A DNA stretch of 64,000 nucleotides from positions 1 through 64,000 of the forward strand of contig CAUWGC010000002.1 of assembly GCA_963558405.1 (NCBI GenBank), written 5' to 3'. The position numbers were made by a program, and so were the translations under genes. The notes under the pieces were generated by a model. That model saw nothing but the letters and a program-made list of their open reading frames with translations, did no database searches and was not told where the DNA came from. Source of the DNA: an uncultured Clostridia bacterium. GTDB taxonomy: Bacteria; Bacillota; Clostridia; TANB77; CAG-508. Below, piece by piece: positions 1-10,800 of this stretch (position 1 is the stretch's first letter; each line of letters opens with the position of its first letter).

Positions 1-94
1 CTTTACAAGCGACTTATCAGCCTTTTACTCTTTAAAAAGTGTCAAATTCAGGATTATACCATATTTTTTGTTTCTTGAGAATATTTTTTAAAAG

Positions 95-138
95 AAAAAA
101 GAACATGAATTAGCAAATTGCTAATTCACATTCTTTTT
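95..138 (-). terminator. Probable intrinsic terminator of the surface-protein operon
   Basis: TGAATTAGCAA (106-116) / TTGCTAATTCA (118-128) inverted repeat with A/T tracts, immediately after the stop codon at 140. Confidence 0.75.
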
Positions 139-139
139 A

Positions 140-3100
140 TTATTTGTTTAGTACTTTCTTTTTGATTAATACAATTCCTGCTCCTAATACAACTATTGCT
201 ACAATTCCTGTTATTACGTAATTATAAATATGTGCATCACCTGTTGGTGGTAATATAACTACTGTTTCTGTCCAGTCTGTATCATGTTCTTGTGGATTTG
301 CATTTGGTACTTGGTTACCATATATTGCTTCATAATCTCTTCTACCTACTGTATTAGAAACTTGTGCAATTTCTGCAATGTTGTCATAAGTTAAGTCATC
401 GCTTTCATTTTCTGGTGATATTAATTTTGATAAAGTAAGTTTTACTGTTTCTTCTGATTCTCCATCTTTAATTCCTTTATAGTTGTTTGGTAATAATTTT
501 GTATTTTCTAAAGATTTTGTTTGAATAGTTGTAATATTTGTAATATTAATATCATCATTTACTGTACTATACTTATCAGCTTTTCCTGTGCCAGTTCCTT
601 GATTTTTAATTTGAATTTCATTTAGGTTAGATTCAGCACCAGTATTTGTTTTTACAACATCCCAGTTCTTTCCTTCTGTATTGTTATCTTCTTTTCTAAA
701 TGTTAGGTTATCATCTACATAGTCAATTATTTTATCAACATTAGTTGTAACAATTGCTACGCTATCACTATTCTTTCCAGTATAGTATGTTTCACCTAAA
801 TATTCACCTGTGCTTGATAAGTTATCTTTTACTGGCAATTCTTCATTTTTCTTTGTCCAAATATTATCAATAAATTCTTTATTTGCTTTTGCTACTGTAT
901 CTACTTCACTGTGGTTCATAACTGTAATATCATAATCTATTGTTATTGTAGAACCTTGCATTAAGTTAGCATCCATAAATATTGTAATAATATTTTTTAT
1001 TTGTGCTTTTCCATTATTTTCTTCATAATATTGATAATATGGAATTTGTGGAGCTGGTCTTTGTACATTTTGTGTTAATCCATTTGCTGTATCTATTAAT
1101 ACTGTACCATCTGCTAATGTTACTTTTATACCTGCAATATCTTTTCTTAGTTTTATATCTGTTTTTGGTCTTTCTTCTAGTCCAAAGTCAATATTTTTAA
1201 TAATGTATTCTTTATTTTTTTCTTGGTTAATTACTTCTTGTCCAACTTCTCCTGCAGAGAAATCATCATTTTCTATTGCTTGTTTATTGTTATAGTGTTC
1301 TACCTCAATATTGATTTTTGCAGTATCAGCATACATCCAAGTATTCTTCATTAACTCTCTTCTTAAGTCGTCTAAAGTTTCACCTGCGGTTTGGTTAATA
1401 TCTGGTGAACTATTATTTGTAACTTTACCATTAATGTTTTGTCCACCTAATACAGTTGCATTTTGTAAGTTTTCACCTGTTGAACCATGTGATGATAATA
1501 CATTTGAAATGTGGTTTTTAATTGCACTAGAATATTTAATTACTTTTAATCTTTGTGTTTCATTATCTTTTGCATCTGAAAGTCTTGCATTATCTCCATT
1601 TATTTGTTCTCTTTCAAAAGAATACCATTCATCTTTTAGTGTAGATGGATTTGATTGATCATAATTTCCATTTCCTACATAATTTTGATATGCAGTTGAC
1701 TTATAATCTTGTCCATTATATGAAATATCATTTGATGCTTTTACTCCATCTAGAGTATCTGGATTAGAAGTAGTTGCTAATGCTGTTTTAGCTGTATCTC
1801 CATATTTAAATCTTACTATAAAGTTACCAGAAACAAATGATTGGAATCTATATTGTCCTGCTTCCATACTACTAAATGATTGTAGTTTTCTTTCATTTTC
1901 TGTATTTCCATCATCACCGTTTGCTGAGTTTTGAACATCACCATGATTGTCTAAGTAACGATATGTTGTTTCACCAGTTCCCATTTCTCTCCAAATATAT
2001 TCATATGTTTTCTTTTCTCCATTTGGATTATTTGGATCTACTGGAAGTGTTACTAATTCTACTAATTGTACAGTTACACCATTTACTGGTTTATCATCTT
2101 TGTCTCCTGAAGTACCATTTCCAACTGCTTGACCTGTTTCTAATGTATTTGTTCTTTCATCTCTCCATACATAACCAGTCATTATTCTCTCAGTTACATT
2201 TTCTCCGTTTTCGCCAGAAGAATGTAATGTAATGTTAATTCCTGGTGCATTATCTTCATCATCTTCAAAGTCATTATTTGCATTTTTAATAGCGTCTTTT
2301 GAAGGTGGTACTAAGTTACCTGGGCTAGAGTCTGTATCTATTTTTCCTAGGCTATCTAGAGATTTTGGATCTCCTGTTGAACCATGTTCAAATGTTGAGT
2401 ATGAATAAATTTCTGCAAGGTTTTGTTTTTCTCCTAGGATAACTGCTTGTTTTAATTCATAAGAAGTTCCTGCATCTGATTTTTCAATTACAGAATCTGC
2501 TTTTTCTACTTCAAATGTTACATATAGGTCAATTTTATCTGCTGGTTCTAGCATTTCAGATCCTATAGAATTTGTATGCATTGCATTATATCCATTATCT
2601 GTTGATGCTCCCCAAGGTGCTGTTTCTTGCCATACAGCTTCTTTTACATTATTTCCGTCTATTTCAATTTTTAATGGATTTATTTTTGTTGTTGAACTTG
2701 AACCTCTCATATAGAATGGTCTACTTGCAATTTTGGTTCTTGTTGCAATTTCATTATTTCCATCTTTTACTAATCCATATTCATCTTTTGAAACTAGTCT
2801 ATATGTGTCATCAAAATAATCTACTATAGTATTAATTGTTCCCGCATCTAAGTAAGATTCGTTAGATACTGTTATACGATATGTTACAAATACTTTTAGT
2901 TCTCTATCTTCAATACTAAGCATTGTAGATAAATCATCATATTTTGGTGTACTTTCATATTGAGCTTTCATTTTTGCTAACATATCACTAGTATTATTAT
3001 CATTTATATCAATTCTATTTCCACCATCTGGTTCTACTACACCATGGTCTATATAGTCTGTAATACGATAATTGTAGTCTGATTTATAAATAGCTCTGTT

Positions 3101-5230
3101 ATAAATTATATCATTTTGTCTTGCATCAATATGTTCTCTAGAAATATCTAAGCCTTTAATTGTAGTATTTAAGCTATCTAAGTCAACACTATGTTCAATT
3201 CCTTCTTTTTCTGCATATCTTGAGTTATATCTATATTGAATTAACTTTTCATTTACTACAATTGTTGAGCTATATACGTCTTTTCTTAATGCAAAGTCAA
3301 CTTTTGCTCTTTCAATTAATCCTAAGTTAACATGTTCAATATATGGATATACAGAATGATATGTTACTCCTGCAACAACACTTTTAATGTCAACTGCTCT
3401 TGTTGTTCCTTTTTGGTCTTTGTTAATATAAATTTCTTTATCCTGTGGATAATATGAACCTGCATTTAATGTAGTTGCTTCAAATATTGCTTCTTTATTT
3501 GTTACATCATTGAATGCAATTAAGTTTAGTTCTGAACCATCTAATGTACAAGTTAATCCACCTGATTTATTATTTGCTTGTCCATATTCACCATGTCCAG
3601 CTCCTGTTCCAGAAATAGAATGGAATTTGTTATTAAACTCAATTCTTCCACTTTCTGCTGCTTTTGATGTATTTAATTGCATTTTATCTGTATCATATTT
3701 TCCAGCAATAAATACAACTCCATTATATTCAAATTTAACATTATATTGGTCTGCTGGAATTTCTTTAAATGAATATTTTCCATCGCTTCCTGTAATCATG
3801 CTATCTGTATGTCCAGAATATTTACCTTCAATAGTTACTCTAACACCTTCTAGCATTGTATCTTCACCATCTAAAATTCCATTTACTTCAAACTCTTTAC
3901 CTGTATGAGCATCGCTCCATACTTCTCCACCTAAATCTAATGTAATATCTACTTCATCTTTGCCTTTTAATTCTTCTTGTCCTTCTGTTCTTTCAAATGT
4001 TGATAATATTTTACCTAATGGTTGTCCATAATCGTCTTCTGCTGTAATTGGTGTAGCTTCTAAATCAAGACCTTTTCTAGTTATTTCAAATAATTCATCT
4101 TTTGTTCTATCTTCTGGTCTACAATAATCATTTCCTTCTTCATCTGTTCTTATTTCACAACCACCATGATGTCCATGATCATGATATGTTGTAGTTCCTA
4201 TTTTTTTGTCCCATTTAGCAACCATATATAATGCATATGCTTGATAAGCATATATTTCAGCTTTTGCATCTTTTAAATATCTAAATTCTGCATTTAAAGT
4301 TACCTTTTTATGATCTTTTAATTGATCATATGGAACTTTTACATAAAATTCTTCTCCTGGTTTTGGGAAATTAGGCTTTCCACTTTCACTTTCTCTATGA
4401 GTATAATATTCTGGTTTGGATTCAAAATATGTAATATCATCTATAACCTTATCATTAACTATTATAGAAGTTATATCAATTCTTTCCCCATCTGCTAATA
4501 AATACATATTACTAATTCCACTAAAATGAACAGGGTCTCCACCTTCGTAAAATCCATAATCATAATTTAATTTGTATGGTCCTATTACATAATATTCTCC
4601 AATATTTACTCTTACTTCTACTTTATCAGAAACATCTTGAGAGTTTAGACCATCTTGAAATTTCTCCCAAAATCCTCCTTTGTTATCATAATCTCCTCCA
4701 TAAGCTTTTGCTTCTTCTGTATATTTTTGTGATTCAAATTGTGATAAGTGATCTCTCCATTCAAGTGCCCAAAGCTCTTTATTTAAGTCAAAATCTCTTT
4801 GTGTAATTCTTTCTTCAGTAATTACATATGCTATGTTTACTGGTGTTTGATTTATTACTTGTGGTTGATAGATAGTATTAATTCTTACTCTTGCAGCTTC
4901 TCCATTAAGGCTAGCACCATTTGCTGTACAACTTTGTTGTCCAATCATGTTCTTTTCAAATTTTCCCATTGCATCAACATTTTTTACTGCACCATCATAT
5001 GGATTATCTTGCAAGTATGAATTTGCATTTGCATTTCCATAATCTTCACAATATTCGTATCCAGATATACTTCCATTTTCTGTTACTGGTATCCATAAAT
5101 CTGCTGTACTTGTGTACTCATTTGTAGAAGCATATGTTTTATCCCATGCTGCATAAACTTGTGATATTGATAGAAATAACATTATAATACCCAATAAAAT
5201 TGAAATACTAATTTTTATTTTTCTATTCAT
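140..5230 (-). CDS. Very large cell-wall-anchored surface protein (SdrD-B/CnaB-like and DUF11-like Ig repeats, LPxTG signal)
   Basis: 1696 aa; N-terminal signal peptide; SdrD-B-like segments (LGGEVWSD..NGILD, MTGYVWRD); C-terminal LPPTG, hydrophobic helix and KKK tail. Confidence 0.8.
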   Translation of the reverse strand: MNRKIKISISILLGIIMLFLSISQVYAAWDKTYASTNEYTSTADLWIPVTENGSISGYEYCEDYGNANANSYLQDNPYDGAVKNVDAMGKFEKNMIGQQSCTANGASLNGEAARVRINTIYQPQVINQTPVNIAYVITEERITQRDFDLNKELWALEWRDHLSQFESQKYTEEAKAYGGDYDNKGGFWEKFQDGLNSQDVSDKVEVRVNIGEYYVIGPYKLNYDYGFYEGGDPVHFSGISNMYLLADGERIDITSIIVNDKVIDDITYFESKPEYYTHRESESGKPNFPKPGEEFYVKVPYDQLKDHKKVTLNAEFRYLKDAKAEIYAYQAYALYMVAKWDKKIGTTTYHDHGHHGGCEIRTDEEGNDYCRPEDRTKDELFEITRKGLDLEATPITAEDDYGQPLGKILSTFERTEGQEELKGKDEVDITLDLGGEVWSDAHTGKEFEVNGILDGEDTMLEGVRVTIEGKYSGHTDSMITGSDGKYSFKEIPADQYNVKFEYNGVVFIAGKYDTDKMQLNTSKAAESGRIEFNNKFHSISGTGAGHGEYGQANNKSGGLTCTLDGSELNLIAFNDVTNKEAIFEATTLNAGSYYPQDKEIYINKDQKGTTRAVDIKSVVAGVTYHSVYPYIEHVNLGLIERAKVDFALRKDVYSSTIVVNEKLIQYRYNSRYAEKEGIEHSVDLDSLNTTIKGLDISREHIDARQNDIIYNRAIYKSDYNYRITDYIDHGVVEPDGGNRIDINDNNTSDMLAKMKAQYESTPKYDDLSTMLSIEDRELKVFVTYRITVSNESYLDAGTINTIVDYFDDTYRLVSKDEYGLVKDGNNEIATRTKIASRPFYMRGSSSTTKINPLKIEIDGNNVKEAVWQETAPWGASTDNGYNAMHTNSIGSEMLEPADKIDLYVTFEVEKADSVIEKSDAGTSYELKQAVILGEKQNLAEIYSYSTFEHGSTGDPKSLDSLGKIDTDSSPGNLVPPSKDAIKNANNDFEDDEDNAPGINITLHSSGENGENVTERIMTGYVWRDERTNTLETGQAVGNGTSGDKDDKPVNGVTVQLVELVTLPVDPNNPNGEKKTYEYIWREMGTGETTYRYLDNHGDVQNSANGDDGNTENERKLQSFSSMEAGQYRFQSFVSGNFIVRFKYGDTAKTALATTSNPDTLDGVKASNDISYNGQDYKSTAYQNYVGNGNYDQSNPSTLKDEWYSFEREQINGDNARLSDAKDNETQRLKVIKYSSAIKNHISNVLSSHGSTGENLQNATVLGGQNINGKVTNNSSPDINQTAGETLDDLRRELMKNTWMYADTAKINIEVEHYNNKQAIENDDFSAGEVGQEVINQEKNKEYIIKNIDFGLEERPKTDIKLRKDIAGIKVTLADGTVLIDTANGLTQNVQRPAPQIPYYQYYEENNGKAQIKNIITIFMDANLMQGSTITIDYDITVMNHSEVDTVAKANKEFIDNIWTKKNEELPVKDNLSSTGEYLGETYYTGKNSDSVAIVTTNVDKIIDYVDDNLTFRKEDNNTEGKNWDVVKTNTGAESNLNEIQIKNQGTGTGKADKYSTVNDDINITNITTIQTKSLENTKLLPNNYKGIKDGESEETVKLTLSKLISPENESDDLTYDNIAEIAQVSNTVGRRDYEAIYGNQVPNANPQEHDTDWTETVVILPPTGDAHIYNYVITGIVAIVVLGAGIVLIKKKVLNK

Positions 5231-5245
5231 AGCTTCCTCCTTTCA

Positions 5246-8200
5246 TTACTTTTGTTTATGTAATACATATTTTTTTATACTATATATACCAGCACCTAAT
5301 ATTGTAATAGACGCTATTGTTATTGCTGTGTATAGTACAACTGTACCAGTTTCAACAGAAATCAGTACATTTGCTGTTCCATAATCATCTTCACTTGAAT
5401 TCTTATTTCCTGGTTTAGAATCTGTATCTTCTAATCCTTTTTCATTATAGCTTTCGTAAATTTCTGCATTATTGTTTACCATACCAACATTTTCTTCTGT
5501 CATTGTTTTTGTTAATATTAATGTTATTTCTTTACTTTCTCCTGGTTTTAATATTGTGTTTGATAAACTTGAATTATATACATTACCATTTTCTGATAAA
5601 TACCAATCTTTGTTTAATTCTGAACTAAATTTCATTCCACTTGGTATATAATCTACTATTTTCTTTACATATCCAGGAACAGCTCCATTATTTGTTACTA
5701 CTATTTTGTATTTAACAATAACATTTGTTCCAGCTACGTCTTTTCTATAAATATCTACTTTTGCCATTGTTGTTTTCTCTTGGTAAGTATATTCTTTTGT
5801 TCCTTTTTTATTACTTACTGTAACGCTTGTTACATATTTTTGTAAACTTAAGTCAAATTTCTCTGCTGTTACTAATCCTATGTCAATATTTCTTATATTT
5901 TCACTTGTTACATTAATAGTATCTGTTACAGCACCATTTTGAATTTTACCACCTAAATTTATTTTCATTGCAATAGCATCTGAATTTAAATCATCTGGTA
6001 CTCCTTGTTTACGATATTCTGCTAAATCATAGCTATTCATATCTGGTAAGAATACTACCATATATGTACCTTTTGGTACTCCATCAAATGTATATTCACC
6101 TTTATCATTTGTTTTAACAATCATTGTATTTCCATTTTTATCTCTTACAATTGTTGATGTCTTTTTATCTAGTAACATTACTTCAACATTACTTATTCTT
6201 TTTTCTGTATCATCTTTTTTACCGTCTTTATTTTCATCTAACCATGCTGTACCTGTAATTTTATATGTATATTCTGATGGTGTTTCTCCTCCACCTTCAC
6301 TATCTTCTCCTTCATGTTTTTCTGGTACATATTCAATTACTTTACGTACTGAATTAGATTCTATTGTATCAATTGCATTAGCACTTAATTGTGCTTTATT
6401 GATTATTTCTTTATCTTCTTTTGATTTTAACAAGTCTGCTTTAAGATGAATTATAATTTCTATTGTTTCTCCTGCAAACATATCTCTTTGTAAAGAAACT
6501 TTTCTTCCACTAATATCATATTTTGTATTTGTTTTTATTTGTTCTTCATCTGAATCAGCTGGTATATTTTTTATTGTATATTCTGTTTTTTGATATGTTA
6601 CACCTTCTGGTAGTTCATCTTCAAATCTAACACTAAATGCTTTTGTATCAGAATTATTTTTTATTGTAAATTTATATTTAAATTCTTCCCCTTCTTTTAC
6701 ATATTCACTTCCAACTGTTTCTTGATTTATAGTTACACTTACTTTTTGTGTATTTAAGTTAAGTTCATTTGATTTGTGTTCTGATATATTATCTGCAGTA
6801 GCTGTAGAATAACTTACTAATTTACCATCAACACTACCAACTTTTGCTACTGTTTCTATAAAAGTGCTTTCTCCCACAGCCAATTTTGGTATTGTTATTT
6901 CTGCTATATTATCTTTGTAAGTTATATTTTCTCTATTTTTATCTTGTCCTTCTACCCAAATAGATGCATCTTTAATTGTAACATTTTGTGGAAGATTTAC
7001 TTTTACCTTAACATTTGTCATATCTTTTTGTGATGTATTTTTTACATTTGTATAATATGAAATATTAGTTCCTTGTGTATAAATAAATCCTGGTTCATCT
7101 GCAGTATGTAAAATTGTTAAATAACCTTTTATTGCAGTCATTTTACATGTATTACTTTTAAGTTCTTCTTTTAAATTTTTAGCTTGTAATGTAATATAAT
7201 TTTCAATATTGTTAATATATTCCTCATCTTTGTGTGTATAATCTACTTTTTTATATTCTGTAGGATCTTCTGTTAAGTTTGGTCCATCATAATCATGGAA
7301 TTGATCGATATGAACTTTTTCTCCATTAACTTCTTTAAAGTGTTCTGGTTTTGTACATATTAATTGATATTCTTCATCTTTATGTTCTCCTGTTTTTGAA
7401 TTGAAGTGTGTCTCATCTTTACAGAACATTTCAGGTGTTATTGTATCTATTGTTATATAAAATTCTACCTGTTTTGTTTCACCTTTTTTTACTGTTCCTA
7501 CTAAAACACTGTTTGTTTTATTATCTGAGAATATTCCATTTTCTGTATCATAGTTTGTATATTTTACTCCTGCAAGTTCTGGTAATTTTAATGTAACATC
7601 TTCAGCATCTACATTTCCTGTATTTTTTATATTTGCATAAAATCTAACTATTTGTCCTTCACGAACTTTTTCTTCTGCATTTACATCTGAAGAAATTGTT
7701 ACCTCTAATTTAGGACTTTCTCCTGTTGTTACTCCAACTGTTGGTGCAGTTTTGCTTTCGTCAATTGTTCCTATTTCTGAATTATTATCATAATATACTT
7801 TATATGTTCCATATGCTGAATTATCTGTTCCTAATCCTTCTGGTATTTCTATATTATAACTAAATCCTATTTTTGCTCCATTTGCTAAACTTGCATTTAA
7901 TACTATTAGATATGATTTTGCTTTTGAAATCTCTAAATCTTTATTCCATCCATTTTGTGATAGTTCTAAATCTTTAGTTGCTTCTCCATTTTCTGAGTAG
8001 TAAATAGTATAATCTTTTTCTTCCATTCCTTCTGCAACTATTTTACTAATCATTTTGCTATCAAATGTTGTTCCTAATTCTTTGTTTGTACCAATTTCTT
8101 TATTTCCTTTAAAAGGAATTCTTCCTAAAACAGAAACATTAGTAATTGTATTTCCTGTATTATTTACAAGAGTTTGTCTCATTGTTGCTGCTCTATTTCC

Positions 8201-10459
8201 TTCTGTAATTGCAAGTTTTCCTGTTTCTGCTGTATTTATTGCAGATACAGATTCTCCTGCATCATAATTTACAATTTCATTGTTAGTTAAAATTTCTGTT
8301 GGTGCTAATACTTTTGTATTAACTTGTGCTTTTCCTATGTCTGTTCCATTTTCATATCCTATTGCATTTTTATTTGTATAATTTAATGTAATATTTGTAT
8401 CTTCAGATACTGCTAAAGGATTTAAAGTTAGGTTTGCACTAATTACTACTACTGGTCCTGGAACAACTTGTCCTATTGTGTATCCTGTTTGTTTTCCAGA
8501 AAGAGTTACTTTTATAACGATGTTTCCTTCTGCATTTTTATATGTTGTTGTACTATCTATTTTTAATCCTTCTGGTGCAACTAAATTAGAAGAATTAAAC
8601 TTAACGTCTTCTACTGCTTTTGGTAAAATTATTTCTAGTACAGGATCTTCGTATAAATCGTATTTAGTAGAATCTGTTCTTAATATTGCTTTTATTTCTA
8701 CTGTATTTACTATTGCTGTTGATAAGTTAGTTTTATTTATTTCTAAATCTGCTTTTGTATATGTTTCTTCTAATTTTATAATATCTTCTGAAGATATTTG
8801 TGTATTAGTTAATGTTTCCTTTGAATTTATTTTCTTTTCGACTTTTGCTCCTACTTTTATACTTTTTAATTCTTTTGCTACTTCCATTGTATATGGACTT
8901 TCACTATTAATTGCTTTTACATGATTAATTTCTAAATTTGCTTCTTTTTGTGGTTTACTTGTTTCTATAATAATATTAGAAATATTTTTATCTTGATATG
9001 AAACTATAATATTACCGTTTTGATCTGTTTGTGTATTTTTATCTACTGTAATAAGAACATTACCATTTGTATCTTTTATTGTAATTGTTCCATTTTCACC
9101 TAATACATTTAACATATCATTTTTAGAAATAATAGTTTGCTTAAAGTATATAGCATTGTCACCTGTAAGTTCTACTCCATTTTCTTTTACAAAAATTTCA
9201 TTATTACTTGATATTGTAATACCTTGTAAAATTTTAGCATATCCTACGTTTGCTTTCCAAGTTTCTTCAAATGTAGTTTCAGATTTATTTTCTACAGTAT
9301 AATTAGAATATATATTTCCTTTTTCTATAACATCTTGTTTTGCTTCTACTTTTATACTTGTTATATCTTCTACAGAATCTGATAATATTACTTCTTCCAT
9401 TATTTGTTTGCTTTGTGTTGTTGTATTATCTATTCCATCATACATTGTAATAGTACTTTCTGTTGCTAGTGATATTTTAGTAGAATCTAATATAGATTCT
9501 TTTGGATATACTAATGTAACTAAAAACTCATCTTCTTTTTGTTTATTTTCACCTGCATATATTTTACCTGATTCATCTGGTTCATTTTTTACTTGAATTG
9601 ATAATTGTCTTTGTTTTTCATCATAGCTCCAATTGTTGTCTTTTGTAAAATTATATTCTTTAGAATTACGTCCATTTGTATATTCAGTTCCATTACTAAT
9701 TACATTTACATATGTAGGTAATTTTCCATTTAACTCAGGAATTGTTAATTTGATATTTGTTTTTTGAATTGGTAAGTTTCTTTGAATAGATTCTGCATTA
9801 TTTAACATTGAAGAATTTACTTTTAATTGTAGTAATACACCTTGTTCTTCTTCTGTATCAAATTTATTATATTTAACAACTTCTGTTTTTAAATTAGCTT
9901 CGCTATTAGAAGTCCAACGAATTCCAATAGTCGCTTCTTTTTCTATTTTTTCTTCTTTTCCTTGGCTATTTACATATGTACCTTCTAATACTAATTTATT
10001 TTTTGCATTTATGTAATTGGTAGAAATTCTATTTTCAAAGTTTGGTTTTATTTTTAAATCTACTTTTTCATTTCTACTTCCAGATATTTGATTAAGGATA
10101 ATTGTATTATTATCAAAATTTGATACTGTGTTGTTTTCATTATCTACACTAACAATATCAAAATTTTTATCTTGATTTTTCTCTTCCCCTGCAATTGTGA
10201 TTTTTGCATCTTTTAAATATCCTTTATCTACTCTAATTATAGTATGCAAAATATTTTCACTATTACTATCTAATGTTTGACTTGATTTTTTTGCATTTTC
10301 ATCACCTAAAAATGCTTGAAATACAACAGTTACATCACTTTCTGCTGCCAAAACCTCTGCCAAGCCTAATCCCATGTAACTGATATTTCCTGAAACCATT
10401 GTAATTGCTATAAAAGACATCAAAATCTTTGATAATTTTTGCTTTATATTTCTAATCAT
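5246..10459 (-). CDS. Very large surface protein (DUF11 and SdrD-B-like domains, sortase-like C-terminus)
   Basis: 1737 aa; signal peptide; ITGTAWLDENKDGKKD SdrD-B motif; DUF11-like YxFTIKN..FEDELPEG; C-terminal SVETG, TM helix and basic tail. Confidence 0.8.
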   Translation of the reverse strand: MIRNIKQKLSKILMSFIAITMVSGNISYMGLGLAEVLAAESDVTVVFQAFLGDENAKKSSQTLDSNSENILHTIIRVDKGYLKDAKITIAGEEKNQDKNFDIVSVDNENNTVSNFDNNTIILNQISGSRNEKVDLKIKPNFENRISTNYINAKNKLVLEGTYVNSQGKEEKIEKEATIGIRWTSNSEANLKTEVVKYNKFDTEEEQGVLLQLKVNSSMLNNAESIQRNLPIQKTNIKLTIPELNGKLPTYVNVISNGTEYTNGRNSKEYNFTKDNNWSYDEKQRQLSIQVKNEPDESGKIYAGENKQKEDEFLVTLVYPKESILDSTKISLATESTITMYDGIDNTTTQSKQIMEEVILSDSVEDITSIKVEAKQDVIEKGNIYSNYTVENKSETTFEETWKANVGYAKILQGITISSNNEIFVKENGVELTGDNAIYFKQTIISKNDMLNVLGENGTITIKDTNGNVLITVDKNTQTDQNGNIIVSYQDKNISNIIIETSKPQKEANLEINHVKAINSESPYTMEVAKELKSIKVGAKVEKKINSKETLTNTQISSEDIIKLEETYTKADLEINKTNLSTAIVNTVEIKAILRTDSTKYDLYEDPVLEIILPKAVEDVKFNSSNLVAPEGLKIDSTTTYKNAEGNIVIKVTLSGKQTGYTIGQVVPGPVVVISANLTLNPLAVSEDTNITLNYTNKNAIGYENGTDIGKAQVNTKVLAPTEILTNNEIVNYDAGESVSAINTAETGKLAITEGNRAATMRQTLVNNTGNTITNVSVLGRIPFKGNKEIGTNKELGTTFDSKMISKIVAEGMEEKDYTIYYSENGEATKDLELSQNGWNKDLEISKAKSYLIVLNASLANGAKIGFSYNIEIPEGLGTDNSAYGTYKVYYDNNSEIGTIDESKTAPTVGVTTGESPKLEVTISSDVNAEEKVREGQIVRFYANIKNTGNVDAEDVTLKLPELAGVKYTNYDTENGIFSDNKTNSVLVGTVKKGETKQVEFYITIDTITPEMFCKDETHFNSKTGEHKDEEYQLICTKPEHFKEVNGEKVHIDQFHDYDGPNLTEDPTEYKKVDYTHKDEEYINNIENYITLQAKNLKEELKSNTCKMTAIKGYLTILHTADEPGFIYTQGTNISYYTNVKNTSQKDMTNVKVKVNLPQNVTIKDASIWVEGQDKNRENITYKDNIAEITIPKLAVGESTFIETVAKVGSVDGKLVSYSTATADNISEHKSNELNLNTQKVSVTINQETVGSEYVKEGEEFKYKFTIKNNSDTKAFSVRFEDELPEGVTYQKTEYTIKNIPADSDEEQIKTNTKYDISGRKVSLQRDMFAGETIEIIIHLKADLLKSKEDKEIINKAQLSANAIDTIESNSVRKVIEYVPEKHEGEDSEGGGETPSEYTYKITGTAWLDENKDGKKDDTEKRISNVEVMLLDKKTSTIVRDKNGNTMIVKTNDKGEYTFDGVPKGTYMVVFLPDMNSYDLAEYRKQGVPDDLNSDAIAMKINLGGKIQNGAVTDTINVTSENIRNIDIGLVTAEKFDLSLQKYVTSVTVSNKKGTKEYTYQEKTTMAKVDIYRKDVAGTNVIVKYKIVVTNNGAVPGYVKKIVDYIPSGMKFSSELNKDWYLSENGNVYNSSLSNTILKPGESKEITLILTKTMTEENVGMVNNNAEIYESYNEKGLEDTDSKPGNKNSSEDDYGTANVLISVETGTVVLYTAITIASITILGAGIYSIKKYVLHKQK

Positions 10460-10740
10460 TTGACATTATCCTCCCTATTATTCATATACAATATATATTA
10501 TACCATTTTTCTTCTATAATTCCTAGTAGTAAACATAAAAAAATAGCTTTTTTCTGGTTTTTTTTTTTATTTTTTCTTTACGGAATTACTTTTTTCGACA
10601 TTATATTTTTTTATTATATTAAATTTATATTACAATATATTAATTTATATTTTATATTTTGTTTGTTTTATTTTTCTTTAATTATGTCTACTTGTATTTT
10701 TAAAGAATTTCTTTATTCCGTAATGAATTTTATACTTTTG

Positions 10741-10795
10741 TATAGCAATAAAAGTAATATCAAAATTAATATTCAATATTACTTTTATTGTTATA
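10741..10795 (-). terminator. Probable terminator after rsmA
   Basis: CAATAAAAGTAATAT / ATATTACTTTTATTG inverted repeat just past the rsmA stop. Confidence 0.6.
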
Positions 10796-10800
10796 ATTTA

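Noticed and set aside
1003-9596. Many short plus-strand ORFs opposite the large surface genes, and similar shadow ORFs across the window
   Set aside because: Antisense shadows of AT-rich coding sequence with no RBS or recognisable motifs.
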